Below, piece by piece: positions 62,065-64,000 of a stretch of 64,000 nt of DNA (position 1 is its first letter; the number at the start of each line of letters is the position of its first letter). The position numbers and the translations under genes are program-made. Source of the stretch: Barthelona sp. PCE (Eukaryota). The DNA lies in the NCBI GenBank assembly GCA_040285745.1, contig JAUFOR010000005.1, positions 310,001-374,000 on the forward strand, read 5' to 3'. The notes under the pieces are model-generated. The model saw only the letters and a list, made by a program, of their open reading frames with translations. It did not search any database and was not told the origin of the DNA.

Positions 62065-62733
62065 ATGCATCTCTCAGCCTTTTTATTGCTTTCACTCTTC
62101 ATTGTAGTCCATACCTGTGAAAATCTTGGTGCCCAAAACACCACCACAAATATAAATGGCGATTCTGAATGTATTTCTGTGCGCTCTGGGCTTAATAAGA
62201 ATTCAATGTATGTGTTTAACTTCCAAGAGCCCAACACAACCCACTCAGTTATCGTTGAAATGACCCAATTTGTTCTTCACAAAAGGAAAAACGTTTATGT
62301 TTTTGATGGTGATGAATGTGGCACCGACAGCGACTATTTGAAATGGGACTCTTCCAACCGCCTTTGTGGTGATGTTGGATCTTTTAATATCCTGATAACT
62401 AACAATTTTTCAACACTAAAGTACTATACCTCAAACTACGCAACTTCCTCCTTTACAATGTCATTTGAAACAGTTGAAAACACGGCAGTAACTCAGTGTA
62501 CAACTGGAAAAGGTGTGTGCTATAATGATGAGCGTGTGTATGAACACAGTGAGTTTAATGCATTCATTGCTGAAATTACTGTTCATTCTTGGGGATTCAT
62601 TCTTGCCGTAATCGGTGTTACTTTCTTCTTTATTGCACTACTTGGTGTCATGGTTTGGTGGTATGCCGGTAAAAAGAAGACAAACAGAACTATTGTTCCA
62701 AGTGATAGCAGATACAATAACAACAAAGTTTAA
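62065..62733 (+). CDS. Type I membrane protein with CUB-like ectodomain
   Basis: Signal peptide, VYVFDG..C...RLCG...F.MSF CUB-like pattern, C-terminal TM helix; alternative ATG at 62017. Confidence 0.65.
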   Translation: MHLSAFLLLSLFIVVHTCENLGAQNTTTNINGDSECISVRSGLNKNSMYVFNFQEPNTTHSVIVEMTQFVLHKRKNVYVFDGDECGTDSDYLKWDSSNRLCGDVGSFNILITNNFSTLKYYTSNYATSSFTMSFETVENTAVTQCTTGKGVCYNDERVYEHSEFNAFIAEITVHSWGFILAVIGVTFFFIALLGVMVWWYAGKKKTNRTIVPSDSRYNNNKV

Positions 62734-62749
62734 TCATATTTATTTTTAA

Positions 62750-64000
62750 TCATATAAAGGGCATCCAGCCTTCAAACATGTGGGATAAGTTCTCAGTTGA
62801 AGATGCTTCTTGTATAAGTATCTCCACTCGATGCCCGACAACATCCATATCAGGAAGTGAAAGGTAATCGAAGAATAGCTTCTTTCTCAGATTTGATAGA
62901 GCAATACGTGCTGCATGTACACCGCTTACAGATCGCCACATTGATGTTTTGATGTCAAGCACTTCGTTAAAGAGGAATAAGAACAATTGACGATGGTTCA
63001 AAAGCTTTGTAAAGAGATTACACATCAAATTACTGAACTCTGAGTGTTCATCAGCAGTGCAGTTCAGCGCATGGAAGATATTTTGCGTCAGCCTGAAGGG
63101 TACCTTTTCTGGAACTGGCAACAACATGCCTTGATCGAAAACAAGTTCCAGGTCAATGTGAACAACCTGACCTGACTTTGAAACTAGCACATTGTCAAGA
63201 TGGCGGTCTCCAAGGCCAAACATATGACCCACAATACAGTAGGCCGAGTAGCTGCGCATGAAAAGCTTGCGCATATTCATGAGTTCCTCCACTGATCCGC
63301 TTTCCTCGAGGAAGTAGTATCCCAGCGTTGGAGTGTGGTTGTCGAGAATAACGTTAAAGCGTTCGAGGTGCTGCTGTCCTAAATCCTCTATCGCAAACGA
63401 CTGTGACGAAGCGTTGCTCCTTCTGCTCTTCTTCATGCTCTTCACTTCAGTCACATACTTGTTCCTGATACTCTTGAAGCGAGTGCGGAGTTCATCCAAT
63501 CCTGGTTCATCAGGGAAATATCTGCTGTGCAACCCCAGCATGTTCGAGTGTGTGCGGGCGCATCGCTGCACAATACTTGTAGATTTATGCTCCTTCATGA
63601 GTCGTTTCTCCTTCTTTTCACGCGAATGCCTTGATTCCTTTGGTTCACTGCCTCCGATCAAATCACGTAAGGAGCGCAGTCCATCCACAAATTGAATCAC
63701 ACCGACTGCGAGCTGCAAACCAACACACTTGATAGCATACGGTTTGAGGTAGTTGGGGATGATCGCGTTGACATTATCCATAAAACGGGAAACAATACTT
63801 GATATTTGCAAGTCTGCACGTTTCACGATCTGAGAGACAACCGTCGACCTGCTGTTGTTGACCGTAACAGGCGTGCTTAGATCCATTGATATGAGAATCG
63901 GGCTTGTGATTCCACTTAACGCTGTCACACTCGTTGAGAATCGACGGATGGAGACATCCACCGTAATCGACCGTGAATCAGGAACATACTGCTGCAGAAA
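62750..64000 (-). CDS. PIKK-family kinase (ATM/ATR-like), C-terminal kinase and FATC domains; 5' part beyond the window
   Basis: GLGDRHLDNVL, HIDL, PEKVPFRLT, FATC EASSTENLSHMFEGWMPFI. Confidence 0.9.
   Translation of the reverse strand, partial: FLQQYVPDSRSITVDVSIRRFSTSVTALSGITSPILISMDLSTPVTVNNSRSTVVSQIVKRADLQISSIVSRFMDNVNAIIPNYLKPYAIKCVGLQLAVGVIQFVDGLRSLRDLIGGSEPKESRHSREKKEKRLMKEHKSTSIVQRCARTHSNMLGLHSRYFPDEPGLDELRTRFKSIRNKYVTEVKSMKKSRRSNASSQSFAIEDLGQQHLERFNVILDNHTPTLGYYFLEESGSVEELMNMRKLFMRSYSAYCIVGHMFGLGDRHLDNVLVSKSGQVVHIDLELVFDQGMLLPVPEKVPFRLTQNIFHALNCTADEHSEFSNLMCNLFTKLLNHRQLFLFLFNEVLDIKTSMWRSVSGVHAARIALSNLRKKLFFDYLSLPDMDVVGHRVEILIQEASSTENLSHMFEGWMPFI

Noticed and set aside
1-64000. Alternative genetic code, tRNA/rRNA genes, CRISPR arrays, transposases
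   Set aside because: Conserved genes end properly at TAA, TAG and TGA; no cloverleaf, rRNA, spaced direct-repeat array or transposase/RT motif was recognised by eye.

Overview
Very compact eukaryotic nuclear DNA in the standard genetic code, with about 45 densely packed protein genes, intergenic gaps often under 100 bp and only four short, 5'-proximal spliceosomal introns. Flagellar genes (CFAP69-, ENKD1- and CFAP210-like) indicate a flagellate. A split, prokaryote-type glycine-cleavage P1 subunit with a hidden N-terminal presequence exon, and introns whose branch-point A sits exactly 8 nt from the 3' end, suggest an anaerobic metamonad-like protist with a mitochondrion-related organelle (inference). 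Recognisable housekeeping genes include PCYT2, a DEAH helicase, an ABCG transporter, LPCAT, TSR1, transketolase, DPM2, Ies6, long-chain acyl-CoA synthetase, a Cet1-type RNA triphosphatase, RPE, RPL27, Eaf6, RPN6, a CaMKK-like kinase, TFIIS and a PIKK. Unexplained elements are a tandem pair of ~700-aa orphan paralogs with near-identical 3' ends but diverged interiors (plus a decayed relative at ~37 kb), and two GC-richer structured intergenic segments that look like unannotated ncRNA genes. No tRNA, rRNA, CRISPR array or transposase was recognised.
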